Below are positions 19,713 through 29,123 of a stretch of 64,000 nt of DNA, piece after piece. The DNA is from Deltaproteobacteria bacterium. GTDB taxonomy: Bacteria; Desulfobacterota; DSM-4660; Desulfatiglandales; HGW-15. The stretch covers positions 6,919-70,918 of the forward strand of contig JAFDEF010000011.1 of the NCBI GenBank assembly GCA_019310485.1, in the 5' to 3' direction. Each line of letters begins with the position of its first letter. Position 1 is the stretch's first letter. The notes under the pieces are model-generated. The model did not search any database and was not told the DNA's origin. It saw nothing but the letters and a program-made list of their open reading frames with translations. A program made the translations under genes and the position numbers.

Positions 19713-20651
19713 TTACTGGGCCAGGAGTTCGGCGGCTGTTTCCTGGTCAGTAATCAGAACATTGACGAAACGGCCTCTGAGAGCCCCCAGGGTAGCCTCG
19801 GTCTTTTCCTTTCCCGCAGCAACACAGATTTTGTGCTTTATGCGTCTTAGCTCATCAAGGTTCAACCCGATGGTTCGATCATCCAGTTGGTCCCAGCACT
19901 GCCGGCCGTTTGCGTCAAAAAAACGACCGCAAATGGCACCCACAGCACCGCTTCGTTTTAACTGAACAGCATCCCTTTTGTTAAGAAAACCCGATCTCCA
20001 CAGCAGCCCCTCCTGTCCAATTAGACCTACGCCAAAAAGAACCAGGTCAGCTTTTCTTGCGATATCAAGTGTTTCGTGGATCTTCTTTTCTTTGAAGAGC
20101 GTGTCTCGAATCGCACGGTTCCTCACTATTACCGGGGCAGGCACAAGGTGAGCCTGAGCTCCGAGTTTTTGGCCTAACATCATGGTAAGCATGTTATTGT
20201 CCGCACCCTCAATCGTTCCCAGACCTCCGCCTATCTGAACCAGGCTTAGATGTTTTGCTTCTACAGGTTGCAGGTGACTCACAACGTGATAAACGGTGTG
20301 TCCCCATGTAACGCCCATAACGCTATAGTTATGAATGACTCCTCGAAGATACCTGGCGGCTGCTTCCCCTACCTGGTCCAGAAGTGACTTGCCGCTGTAC
20401 TCCGTCGTTTTCACGACTATTGACTGGTCAAGGTCAAACTTTTTTGCAAGTTCTATTTCAGTCTCGGTAAGGTCAATCCTCGGGTCATTGATGGTGATCG
20501 TGATAATACCGTTTTTCCTTGCCTCTTTTAAGATTCTGCTTACCTTGAAGCGGCTGAGCCCAAAAAGCCGGGAAATCTCCTCCTGGGTTTTTTCCTCGTT
20601 GTAGTATAGGTAGCAAATCTTCAAAATGTCCCGATCACTAATCTCTCGCAT
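19713..20651 (-). CDS. SorC/DeoR(LsrR)-family sugar-binding transcriptional regulator
   Basis: YLYYNEEKTQEEIS..FGLSRFKVSRILKEAR HTH, GVTWGHT, GAVGAICGRFFD, LITD. Confidence 0.92.
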   Translation of the reverse strand: MREISDRDILKICYLYYNEEKTQEEISRLFGLSRFKVSRILKEARKNGIITITINDPRIDLTETEIELAKKFDLDQSIVVKTTEYSGKSLLDQVGEAAARYLRGVIHNYSVMGVTWGHTVYHVVSHLQPVEAKHLSLVQIGGGLGTIEGADNNMLTMMLGQKLGAQAHLVPAPVIVRNRAIRDTLFKEKKIHETLDIARKADLVLFGVGLIGQEGLLWRSGFLNKRDAVQLKRSGAVGAICGRFFDANGRQCWDQLDDRTIGLNLDELRRIKHKICVAAGKEKTEATLGALRGRFVNVLITDQETAAELLAQ

Positions 20652-20703
20652 ATATTCGTTCCATCACCCAGCAGCATAGTTTTTGCGAACAAATCTATTT
20701 CAA

Positions 20704-21483
20704 TCAGACCAGAGAACGAAGCTTCTTTACAGAGCTTTTGCACACCTCCAGGATGAGTTTAATATCCGTACCAAAGCCGATCATTTTCATGCCCTGTTCA
20801 ATCCAGTACCTGGCCTTTTCAACAGAGCTTGTGTGAATGCCCGGTATTATGCCTCTATCGTTAGAAACCTCTATGACCTTGCGAATTGCGCTATCCACCA
20901 CAGGATCAGAACTGTTACCCGGTTTACCCAGGGACGCTGAAAGGTCTGAAGGCCCCACGAAAGCAACATCAATACCAGGAACAGATAGTATTTCAGAAAG
21001 GTTTTTAACGGCATCCCGGTGTTCTATCTGAAGAGCAATCAGAACTTCTTCATTCAAGCGGGCCATAGTTTCGACCGCATCGCCCGCTTCGAAGAAGGTG
21101 TGTTGGCGCGAAAGCGCCATACCCCGCTCTCCAACTGGTTGATAACGACACCATTTGATTACGTTCTGCACATCTTGAACGCTCTGTATTTGAGGAATTA
21201 GAAGCCCGGAAGCACCTGAATCCAAAGGTCGTGATAGATAATCGTGAGATGATTTGGACGGGGGTCTAACAATGATGGGAATATCAACAGCGCGGCTGGC
21301 AAGCACCATATCACTCACCGTTTCCATGGTAAAGCAGCCGTGCTCCATATCAAGGAAAAAGAAGTCAAAGCCCGCCTGTGCGAAAAGCACGGCAATACCG
21401 GGGGTTCTTACCTCAGAGACCATGGGGCCGAAAACCACCCTGCCTTCCTTGAGCGCTGCTTTTAGCTTGTTCTTGAAAATCAC
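20704..21483 (-). CDS. HpcH/HpaI class II aldolase family protein
   Basis: GFDFFFLDMEHG, PVGERG, QIE, FVGPSDLS. Confidence 0.9.
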   Translation of the reverse strand: MIFKNKLKAALKEGRVVFGPMVSEVRTPGIAVLFAQAGFDFFFLDMEHGCFTMETVSDMVLASRAVDIPIIVRPPSKSSHDYLSRPLDSGASGLLIPQIQSVQDVQNVIKWCRYQPVGERGMALSRQHTFFEAGDAVETMARLNEEVLIALQIEHRDAVKNLSEILSVPGIDVAFVGPSDLSASLGKPGNSSDPVVDSAIRKVIEVSNDRGIIPGIHTSSVEKARYWIEQGMKMIGFGTDIKLILEVCKSSVKKLRSLV

Positions 21484-21538
21484 GCTTTCCAGTTCTCCAC
21501 TTCACGGGGGGAACCCGGTGCCACGTTAGTCAAGGCTC

Positions 21539-22306
21539 CTAGCTAAAAAAACGACCGCCGTTAATATCAAGAGTTACACCCGTAATGTAACTCGCTTCGT
21601 CGGAACACAAAAAGATAACACCTGCTGCGACCTCTTCAGGCGTGCTGAGCCTTCTTAAGGGGATCTCGGATAGAATTTTTTGTCTGTATTCTTCGGGCCT
21701 AGAATTCCAAAGGTCAATAGTTCGTTGGCTTGCAAGGGTAATTGTCGGAGCAATGGCATTTACATAGATACCCTCCGGGCCAAGCTCATAAGCCAGATGC
21801 CTTGTAAGGCCGATCACTCCAGCCTTGGCCGAAGTGTAATGGCAACCTGCCAGAGATCCGAGCCACCTGCCCGCAAGGGCAGAAACATTTACGATCTTGC
21901 CTCCGCCACCTTGCTTTCTAAACTGTCGAACAGCCGCCTGCGAACAAAGGAAAGTGCCTTTGAGATTCACGTCTACTACCTTATCCCATGAATCTTCATC
22001 AATATCCAGGAACTTGTGTGGAGTATGAAGGGCCCCTCCTGCCACGTTCACCAGTATGTCCAACCGCCCAAAGCGTTCTACTGCCTTTGAAATTGCCCCA
22101 TGAATCGTCTCTGGATTACAAACATCCACAACAGCCCCAATAACGGAATCAGGTGCGCCGAGCTCTGATAGGGTGCGCTCCACCATTTCTTGTGTAATGT
22201 CCGTAGCACAGACGCTGGCACCTTCCTTAAGGAAGGCCTTGCAAAAAGCTGTCCCCAGTCCCCCGGAAGCCCCGGTAACAAATACGACTTTATCCTTAAG
22301 TCTCAT
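21539..22306 (-). CDS. Short-chain dehydrogenase/reductase
   Basis: TGASGGLG, YTSAK catalytic motif, ITGVTLDINGG. Start trimmed to MRLKDK. Confidence 0.9.
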   Translation of the reverse strand: MRLKDKVVFVTGASGGLGTAFCKAFLKEGASVCATDITQEMVERTLSELGAPDSVIGAVVDVCNPETIHGAISKAVERFGRLDILVNVAGGALHTPHKFLDIDEDSWDKVVDVNLKGTFLCSQAAVRQFRKQGGGGKIVNVSALAGRWLGSLAGCHYTSAKAGVIGLTRHLAYELGPEGIYVNAIAPTITLASQRTIDLWNSRPEEYRQKILSEIPLRRLSTPEEVAAGVIFLCSDEASYITGVTLDINGGRFFS

Positions 22307-22373
22307 AAGCGTATCTGATGAGGAAAAAATATGCAGGGCCGGGGGAAGCCCTTCCTTCCGGCCCAAAAAACGA

Positions 22374-23231
22374 CTAGATATGCCATGACCGGGAATCGTA
22401 GTCCCTGTCCTTGATCTCTATCTTGATTTTTTTCACCTCATTGGCAAAGTCGGCCAGATTGTCCGATGCCTTGTCAAAATACTTCAACCCCTTTTCCTTG
22501 CTGCCCAGAAATGGATCACCAATGGTTGCTTCTTCGACATATTCGTGGTGTTCCATGGGCACCCATATGTTCTCCGACCCCTGAAAAACCACTGTAGGCA
22601 CACCATCTGTCTTGGCAAATGCAGGGCCCATCCACTTAGGAGCATGCGCTGTGTGGGCATGGGCTCTTTCCATGTGCACACATTTCTCGTCATAGGCAAG
22701 GCTTGTTGATGTTTCAAGCTCCCCTGAATGCCACGCGATTTTTTCTTCAAATATGTCCTGAACAACCTGGATTTTTCTCTCAGTAGGGGTCATGTGCCAG
22801 CAGCAAAAACAACCTGTTTCATATCGCAGCCTGCGTAACACCTCATCACATACTTTGGTGTTTGATGCATGATGGCTGATATATATAAGTTTGTTGAAGC
22901 CATGGAAAATCAGGCACCTGCCGATCTCATAAATAATGCGCCTCAGCGTTTCGCCTGAAAAACTCAAGGTTCCCACCCCGTCATTTACCGTCCCCATATG
23001 ATGCGGAGAATACCCTACGGGGATCATTGGGGTATAGGGAACCTTTGCTTTCTTAGCTGCTCTTTTGGTTACCTCAATTGTCACGATCGCATCCGTTGCA
23101 AGCGGAATATGGGGACCGTGTTTTTCCTGGCTCCCGATTGGAATGAAAACCACATCCGTGGTCTTCAGCACTTCTTTTACGTCCGGGTAGGACATCTCTT
23201 CCATTGCATAAGTCCACATTTCTTCAGCCAT
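22374..23231 (-). CDS. Creatininase-family amidohydrolase
   Basis: PIGSQEKHGPHIPLATD, GYSPHH, HSGELETS, IGDP. Confidence 0.9.
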   Translation of the reverse strand: MAEEMWTYAMEEMSYPDVKEVLKTTDVVFIPIGSQEKHGPHIPLATDAIVTIEVTKRAAKKAKVPYTPMIPVGYSPHHMGTVNDGVGTLSFSGETLRRIIYEIGRCLIFHGFNKLIYISHHASNTKVCDEVLRRLRYETGCFCCWHMTPTERKIQVVQDIFEEKIAWHSGELETSTSLAYDEKCVHMERAHAHTAHAPKWMGPAFAKTDGVPTVVFQGSENIWVPMEHHEYVEEATIGDPFLGSKEKGLKYFDKASDNLADFANEVKKIKIEIKDRDYDSRSWHI

Positions 23232-23255
23232 TTCTAATCCCTCCTTTGCTTTCCC

Positions 23256-24260
23256 TTAATGAGAAATCGCTTTTGATTCCACGTGTGTTTGTTTTTTATC
23301 CTGGATTATATCCCAGTTTGGGCTATACGGGGGCTTTTTACCCTCAAGTACAATAAGCGCATTTTCCGCTGCGCCCTCAGCAAGCTTGGCCACTGTTTGC
23401 TTTGTCAGGGCTGCACTGTGAGGGGTCACAAGTACGTTTTCGAGCTGAAAGAGTTGATTTTGCGGGTCCGGTGGCTCTTTTTCAAACACATCCAGTCCGG
23501 CTCCTGCAATATGCCCGTTCTTCAGCGCTTCAACTAAATCTGCTTCGCGGATAACTTCGCCCCTGGAAGTGTTGATTATAAAGGCCGTAGGCTTCATTAG
23601 AGTGAACTGATCCTTGCCTATCAAGCCTATCGTTTCTTCAGTGGCCGGCACATGTAAGGAAAGGAAATCCGCTGTTTTTAAAACTTCATTGAGATTATCG
23701 CTAAGCACAACACCGTCCAACACAATTGAAGCAGCATCAACATATGGATCGTATGCCCAGACTTCCATATTAAAACCTTTGATGCATATATCGGCAACTA
23801 TCCTTCCTATTCTGCCAAGCCCGATTAAGCCGACCCTTTTGCCTGCAAGGCCGTCAGGAAGGTACTCAAACCGAGATTTGAAATTTCCTTTCCTTGTTTG
23901 CTCATCCAGGTAAGAGAATCGCTTTGCAAGCGCGCCCATCATCAAAACAGCGTGTTCGGCAACAAATCGGTCTTGAGGACCTTTTACACCGCATACCACT
24001 ACGTTATGCTCAGTGGCTGCCTCGATATCAATATTGCTTAACCCACCACCGGTTCTGGAAATGACCTTAAGACTTGAAGCAGCCTTGATCATGTCCGCAG
24101 TGACTCGGGTGGCTGTTCGCAGAATCAGGGCGTCCGCATCTTTGAGGAGTTTACCAACAGATTCTTCTGAAGGGTCAGGGCTAATCACTATTTCTGCCCT
24201 TCCTTCGAGAACTTTAAGGCCGGCCTCATCAATTGGTTCGGAAAGTAAAATCTTGTGCAA
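23256..24260 (-). CDS. D-2-hydroxyacid dehydrogenase (SerA-like, no ACT domain)
   Basis: GLGRIG, INTSRG, LDVFEKEP, TPHSA. Probable TTG start at 24260 after GGGG RBS. Confidence 0.88.
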   Translation of the reverse strand: MHKILLSEPIDEAGLKVLEGRAEIVISPDPSEESVGKLLKDADALILRTATRVTADMIKAASSLKVISRTGGGLSNIDIEAATEHNVVVCGVKGPQDRFVAEHAVLMMGALAKRFSYLDEQTRKGNFKSRFEYLPDGLAGKRVGLIGLGRIGRIVADICIKGFNMEVWAYDPYVDAASIVLDGVVLSDNLNEVLKTADFLSLHVPATEETIGLIGKDQFTLMKPTAFIINTSRGEVIREADLVEALKNGHIAGAGLDVFEKEPPDPQNQLFQLENVLVTPHSAALTKQTVAKLAEGAAENALIVLEGKKPPYSPNWDIIQDKKQTHVESKAISH

Positions 24261-24327
24261 CGAATTCCCCTGCTGCCGGCTCCTTAACCGACTTCTGAGA
24301 TAATTATATGGTGCTAGTTTGCAGGAT

Positions 24328-24383
24328 TGCTCATTTGTGCAGCTTCTGCACATCTGATACCTTATCTTCTCCTTATTTGTCAA
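24328..24383 (-). promoter_or_regulatory. Sigma70-like promoter with tandem operator, site 3 (heads the operon containing the SorC regulator)
   Basis: TGCTCATTTGTGCA (24328-24341) and TGCACATCTGATAC (24347-24360); minus-strand TTGACA at 24378-24383. Confidence 0.72.
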
Positions 24384-24498
24384 GCAAAAAATCCCTCTGT
24401 CTGGGATATAAATCTTACGACAAAGGGAGAATTAGTTGGCGCTTTTTAATACCTTTCTACGGCAAAAAGGAGAGCGTATTCCTTCATAAAAAGAAATT

Positions 24499-25533
24499 TT
24501 ATAGTAAGTCTGACATCAGTTCTTCTAAAAGGGACAGGTTGGAACGATCGGGCTTTAAAGTCCCTTGTTGAATTTTTTTTGTGAGCTGGGTGATCGCTTC
24601 GTTTAAGGGAGTGGGTACCCCGGCTTCTTTTCCCTTCTTTACGACAAGGCCGTTAAGGTAATCCACTTCGCTGTAGCGTCCCTTGAGATGGTCCTGGAGA
24701 ACCGAGTTTCTGGCTTCTCTTCCAATATGGGTGACCAGGGTGATTAGATTTTTTTTCAGCACATCGTCGGTTGACCCTGTAAACTCCTCAGGGCTAAGAC
24801 CGTAAATAGCTTCTATCCTATATCCCAGCTTTGTTCCAACCTCTGTTGCCTCCCTGCCTAGCTGAATGCAGAAATCAAAAACTTGGGGTATCTCTGTTGC
24901 CTCCCACTCGCGCAAACCCAGAACCCCAATGGGCGCCTGCAACATCGAATTGGCAATTAACTTTGTCCACTTGGCTCCCCATATGTTGGTGGTGAGATCT
25001 ACCTTGCCTACGGATCTCAGGATCTCAGCCAGCTCTTCAATGCGGGGAGTAATCCTCCCGTGAAGCTCCCCAAGGGCAAACCACGTGCCGCTATGGGTCG
25101 TATTTCGTTTTACTATTGCCGGTTCAAATACTTCAGCAGAGAGCTCCACAACACAGCCCACATCCCTCTGGAAACCAATTATCGGAGCTATCCATTCGTC
25201 ATTCAGGCTATTTTGCATGGATACCAGAAATCCATCTGGTTTCAGGTATGGTTTGATAAACTGGGCCATCCAGCAACTGTCGTGGGATTTTGCAGTCATG
25301 AGCACAATATCAAACTGCTCGTTCATGCCGCAAACTTCGCAGATGTGAACAGCACGCACAGGGGTGTGGAGCCGCTCATCAGGCATGTTGACCCTGAGAC
25401 CCTGCGTCTTCATAGCTTCTACGTGCTCAGGCCACTGGTCAATGAGAAGCGGGTCGTAGCCAGCTTTTGTTAGGTCTGCCCCAACACTACTGCCGATTGC
25501 ACCTGTTCCCAGTACAGCAATTTTTTTGCTCAT
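24499..25533 (-). CDS. Ketopantoate reductase (PanE/ApbA) family oxidoreductase
   Basis: GTGAIG, KS, QN, WTKLIAN, SVLQD..KGR.SEVDYLNG. Confidence 0.85.
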   Translation of the reverse strand: MSKKIAVLGTGAIGSSVGADLTKAGYDPLLIDQWPEHVEAMKTQGLRVNMPDERLHTPVRAVHICEVCGMNEQFDIVLMTAKSHDSCWMAQFIKPYLKPDGFLVSMQNSLNDEWIAPIIGFQRDVGCVVELSAEVFEPAIVKRNTTHSGTWFALGELHGRITPRIEELAEILRSVGKVDLTTNIWGAKWTKLIANSMLQAPIGVLGLREWEATEIPQVFDFCIQLGREATEVGTKLGYRIEAIYGLSPEEFTGSTDDVLKKNLITLVTHIGREARNSVLQDHLKGRYSEVDYLNGLVVKKGKEAGVPTPLNEAITQLTKKIQQGTLKPDRSNLSLLEELMSDLL

Positions 25534-25690
25534 TTAGATTCCCTCCTTGCTCCAATGGATTTCAAAGTTGTTAGCTCTGGCTGCGATGACGGGAAAAATA
25601 TCCCAAGAATAGAATAGGAGGCAAGAAAAATATCTCTCCCCATTTTTGTATTAGCCTCAGCAATAGAGGGCACCACTATCTCTTTTGCTG

Positions 25691-25719
25691 TTGATTCAGA
25701 AAAGGACATCTTCTATACT
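25691..25719 (+). promoter_or_regulatory. Sigma70-like promoter upstream of AOR
   Basis: TTGATT-17 bp-TATACT. Confidence 0.5.
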
Positions 25720-25794
25720 GCGCTTCGTGGTTTATGAAATTCCCAGTACAAAGGAGGAGGCAGTGGAAAAAACAGGATTGGAAAGGGGGCAAAA

Positions 25795-27666
25795 ATGGAA
25801 GCTAGCGGATATGCCGGAAAAGTGTTGAGAGTTGATCTTGAAGAAGAAAAGATCTCCGTAGAACGGCCTGAGGAAAGCTATTACAAGAAATACCTCGGGG
25901 GTAGAGGGATAATTATGCATACACTGCTCTCCGAGGTGCCGCCTCATGCGGATCCTTTTAGCAGGGAGAATAAGCTTGTTTTTGCTGCCGGTTTGCTCAC
26001 CGGTCATAAGTTGATAGGGACAAGCCGGGCGAGCGTTGGCGCCAAGTCGCCTCTAACAGATGCATGTGGGGAGTCCGAGGCAGGAGGTTACTGGGGGGCG
26101 GAATTGAGACGAGCAGGATATGACGCTATAATCATTGAAGGTAATGCCGGGCGCCCCCTTTATCTGTGGGTTCATGATGAGCGCGCAGAGTTAAGGGATG
26201 CACAAGAAATTTGGGGTTTGGACATGCGCCAGGCAATGGAGTGGTTCCAGAAAGATATTGGGGAGAAAAAATATCGAACCGCACTGATTGGCCCAGCAGG
26301 AGAAAACAGAGTCCGTTTTGCCAACATCATAGTTGACTGCAACCATGCTTTTGGAAGAGCCGGACTGGGGGCGGTAATGGGGGCCAAAAATCTGAAAGGG
26401 GTAATTGTCAAAGGATCGAAGATTCCTGAAGCTGCAGAGAAGGAAAGGGTCTTGCAGCTTAACCGTATTATGAAAGAAAGGTACAAAAGATCTGCCTTTG
26501 TGAAGTATGGAACAGGCGGGGCGATGAAGACTTTTGAGGAACTAGGCAATCTTCCTGTCCGGAACTGGTCTGGAGGAAGTTTCCCCCAGGTGGAAAAAAT
26601 AGATGCTGTTACCCTAAAGCACAAGTACGGTGCAGGTATGGAAAGTTGCTTTAACTGCCCCATAAGCTGCAAGAAAAAGATTCAGGATCTGGAAGAACCA
26701 TGGAGTATTGACTCCGTCTATGGTGGTCCTGAGTACGAAACTCTTGCTTCTTTTGGATCCAACTTGCTTATTGATGATCTGAGTGCAATATGTAAGGCAA
26801 ATGAATTGTGCAACCGCTACGGCCTGGATACCATTTCCACAGGAGCAACAATTGCTTTTGCCATGGAATGTTTTGAAAATGGATTATTGAAAAAACAAGA
26901 CACGGATGGAGTGGAGCTCAAATTTGGTTATGCGCCGGCAATGCTGGATGTTCTTGAAAAAATAGCGCTTCGGAAGGGAATAGGAGATTTACTTGCAGAA
27001 GGGAGCAAGAGAGCAGCACAGCAGATAGGGAAGGGGGCTCTTGATTTTTCAATGCAGGTCAAAGGCCAGGAAATACCTTTTCATAATCCGAGGCTCAACC
27101 AGGGGCTGGCAATCCATTACAGTGTGCATGCTGTTGGAGCTGACCATGTTTCAGGGACGATTGATCATCTTCTCCCCGGGCTAATGGCAGACTGGGATAC
27201 CCTTGACCAAGCTGAAACCATGGATCCCACCGAGCTTAGCACCCGCAAGGCGCGCATGACTTATTTGCTTGGGCTGTGGAGGGCAATGCCGAATTACCTC
27301 GGCCTGTGCAACTTTGTTCCCTGGCGCTACAAAGAGGTATGTGAAGGGGTGGAAGCAATAACCGGGTGGAAAATAACCGCCTGGAAACTAATGAAGGCGG
27401 TTGAGCGGGGTATAACCATGATGAGGGTTTTCAATCTGCGCGAAGGGTTCACCCACGAACACGATTTCCTTCCTGAGCGCTTTCATGAACCCGCGGTAGA
27501 GGGCCCATTGAAGGGCGTGAAGATTGACCGAGAAAAATTCGAGGAAATAAAAAAGATTTATTACCAGATGCTTGGATGGGACACTAATGGAGTTCCAAGG
27601 AAGAGTTGCCTTGCAGCCCTGGACCTCGAGTGGCTCTCTTCTTACATAGATGTTGCCGAGGATTAA
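25795..27666 (+). CDS. aor: Tungsten-dependent aldehyde:ferredoxin oxidoreductase family protein
   Basis: YLGGRG, KSPLT, IGPAGE, GRAGLGAVMGAKNLK, CFNCPISC, GPEYET, GLDTIS, YYQMLGWD.NG.P. Confidence 0.9.
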   Translation: MEASGYAGKVLRVDLEEEKISVERPEESYYKKYLGGRGIIMHTLLSEVPPHADPFSRENKLVFAAGLLTGHKLIGTSRASVGAKSPLTDACGESEAGGYWGAELRRAGYDAIIIEGNAGRPLYLWVHDERAELRDAQEIWGLDMRQAMEWFQKDIGEKKYRTALIGPAGENRVRFANIIVDCNHAFGRAGLGAVMGAKNLKGVIVKGSKIPEAAEKERVLQLNRIMKERYKRSAFVKYGTGGAMKTFEELGNLPVRNWSGGSFPQVEKIDAVTLKHKYGAGMESCFNCPISCKKKIQDLEEPWSIDSVYGGPEYETLASFGSNLLIDDLSAICKANELCNRYGLDTISTGATIAFAMECFENGLLKKQDTDGVELKFGYAPAMLDVLEKIALRKGIGDLLAEGSKRAAQQIGKGALDFSMQVKGQEIPFHNPRLNQGLAIHYSVHAVGADHVSGTIDHLLPGLMADWDTLDQAETMDPTELSTRKARMTYLLGLWRAMPNYLGLCNFVPWRYKEVCEGVEAITGWKITAWKLMKAVERGITMMRVFNLREGFTHEHDFLPERFHEPAVEGPLKGVKIDREKFEEIKKIYYQMLGWDTNGVPRKSCLAALDLEWLSSYIDVAED

Positions 27667-27669
27667 GAA

Positions 27670-28035
27670 ATGAGCAAGGTTGTTAAAGTGGACGAAATTC
27701 CGTTTGAAAGTGTCGAGTGGGGGCGTACCAAAGAAGTCATAAGCCCCCAGAGTGGGGGATCCAGGAACGTCAAAGTGAAAGTAACAGAGTACCTGCCCGG
27801 CCATGAGCATGATCTGCACGTACATCCAGATCAGGAAGAAGTTATTTTTGTTCTCTCGGGTAAAGGTACTACCCACTGGGAAGGCGGAAAACAGGAGGTA
27901 GGGCCGGGTTGCGTAATTTTTATACCAGCCGGGGAGGCTCATGCAAATGTGAATTCAAGTGATACGGAACCCCTTAGGGTAATCGTGATCAAAAGTCCGC
28001 CTGATGATAGAGAAGTGAAGGTTAAGAAGCAATAG
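27670..28035 (+). CDS. Cupin domain protein
   Basis: HDLHVHPDQEEVIFVLSG...GPGCVIFIPAGEAH. Confidence 0.9.
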   Translation: MSKVVKVDEIPFESVEWGRTKEVISPQSGGSRNVKVKVTEYLPGHEHDLHVHPDQEEVIFVLSGKGTTHWEGGKQEVGPGCVIFIPAGEAHANVNSSDTEPLRVIVIKSPPDDREVKVKKQ

Positions 28036-28062
28036 AACACGGATCAGAGGGAGGTAGTTAAG

Positions 28063-29118
28063 TTGGCAAGAAATAGCCGGGTTGGATTGGCCATTGTTGG
28101 AACAGGTGCATGGTCTGGAGCAATAGGGGATGTGGCGAAACGAAGTGAAAAGGTTGACCTTGTGACCTGTTTTGATACAAATGCCGACAGAAAGAAGTCA
28201 TTTAGTGAAAAGTTTGGCTGCGATATGGAAGAGAGCTTCGAAGATGTGCTCAGAAGGGATGATGTTGAAGCCGTTCATCTTGCATCTCCAAATGCGCTTC
28301 ATGCCGAGCAGGCGATTCTTGCTTCGAAATATGGAAAGCATGTATTCGTAGAAAAGCCTATTGCGAACACGATTGAAGACGGAAAAAGAATGATCGACGC
28401 GTGCAAACAAGCCAGCGTAATTTTGATGGTTGGGCACCACATGAGACGTCTGGCAGGATTTCGAAAACTTAAAGAGCTTGTTGAAGCTGGAGCAATCGGA
28501 AGGCCTGTTCAAGTTGATGCCAACTTTTCTCAAAATTTGGGCTTTGAGCTAACGCCAGAAAGCTTCAGGTGGTCCGGTGATGACTCTGGGTGCCCTGCAG
28601 GTTCATTGATGACCTTGGGGATTCACCATGCCGATATATTTAGCTATCTGTTTGGGCCCATAAGAAGTGCTTTTTCGTATTTCAACAGGCTTTATATCCC
28701 TGCCCCTGTAGAAGATGTGACAGCCACTGTTTTTCAGTTCAAGTCGGGGATCCTTGGGTATCTAGGTTCTAATTATGTTTCTCCTAAGGCCATGTGGATG
28801 TATGTTTATGGAACAGAAGCGAACGTATTGTGCACTGTTATTTTGCCTCAGTTGCCTTTTGAAGAATACCTGTTTGCATGGCAAAAGGTGGACCAAAACA
28901 CAACTTTGCAGATTTTTGAAAAAGAAAAGACAGGTGCTAGAACGATACCTCTGAGAGTTGGCAATCCGATCCTCGAGGAGGTGGACGAATTTGCTGATTG
29001 CATAAGAACAGGGAAAAGGCCCGAAACGGATGGCGAGGGCGCTCTGAGAGCACTGGCCCTGATTCGGGCAGCCATTGAGTCTGCTAAGACAGGAAAACCG
29101 GTAGAGTTAGCCCTTTAG
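28063..29118 (+). CDS. Gfo/Idh/MocA family oxidoreductase
   Basis: VGTG, SPNALH, GKHVFVEKP, GIHHAD. Confidence 0.9.
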   Translation: MARNSRVGLAIVGTGAWSGAIGDVAKRSEKVDLVTCFDTNADRKKSFSEKFGCDMEESFEDVLRRDDVEAVHLASPNALHAEQAILASKYGKHVFVEKPIANTIEDGKRMIDACKQASVILMVGHHMRRLAGFRKLKELVEAGAIGRPVQVDANFSQNLGFELTPESFRWSGDDSGCPAGSLMTLGIHHADIFSYLFGPIRSAFSYFNRLYIPAPVEDVTATVFQFKSGILGYLGSNYVSPKAMWMYVYGTEANVLCTVILPQLPFEEYLFAWQKVDQNTTLQIFEKEKTGARTIPLRVGNPILEEVDEFADCIRTGKRPETDGEGALRALALIRAAIESAKTGKPVELAL

Positions 29119-29123
29119 GATCT

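Noticed and set aside
24261-24383. 41-aa Cys-containing N-terminal extension of the hydroxyacid dehydrogenase in the ORF track
   Set aside because: It spans the operator and the TTGACA box; a TTG start with RBS at 24260 gives a normal-length protein
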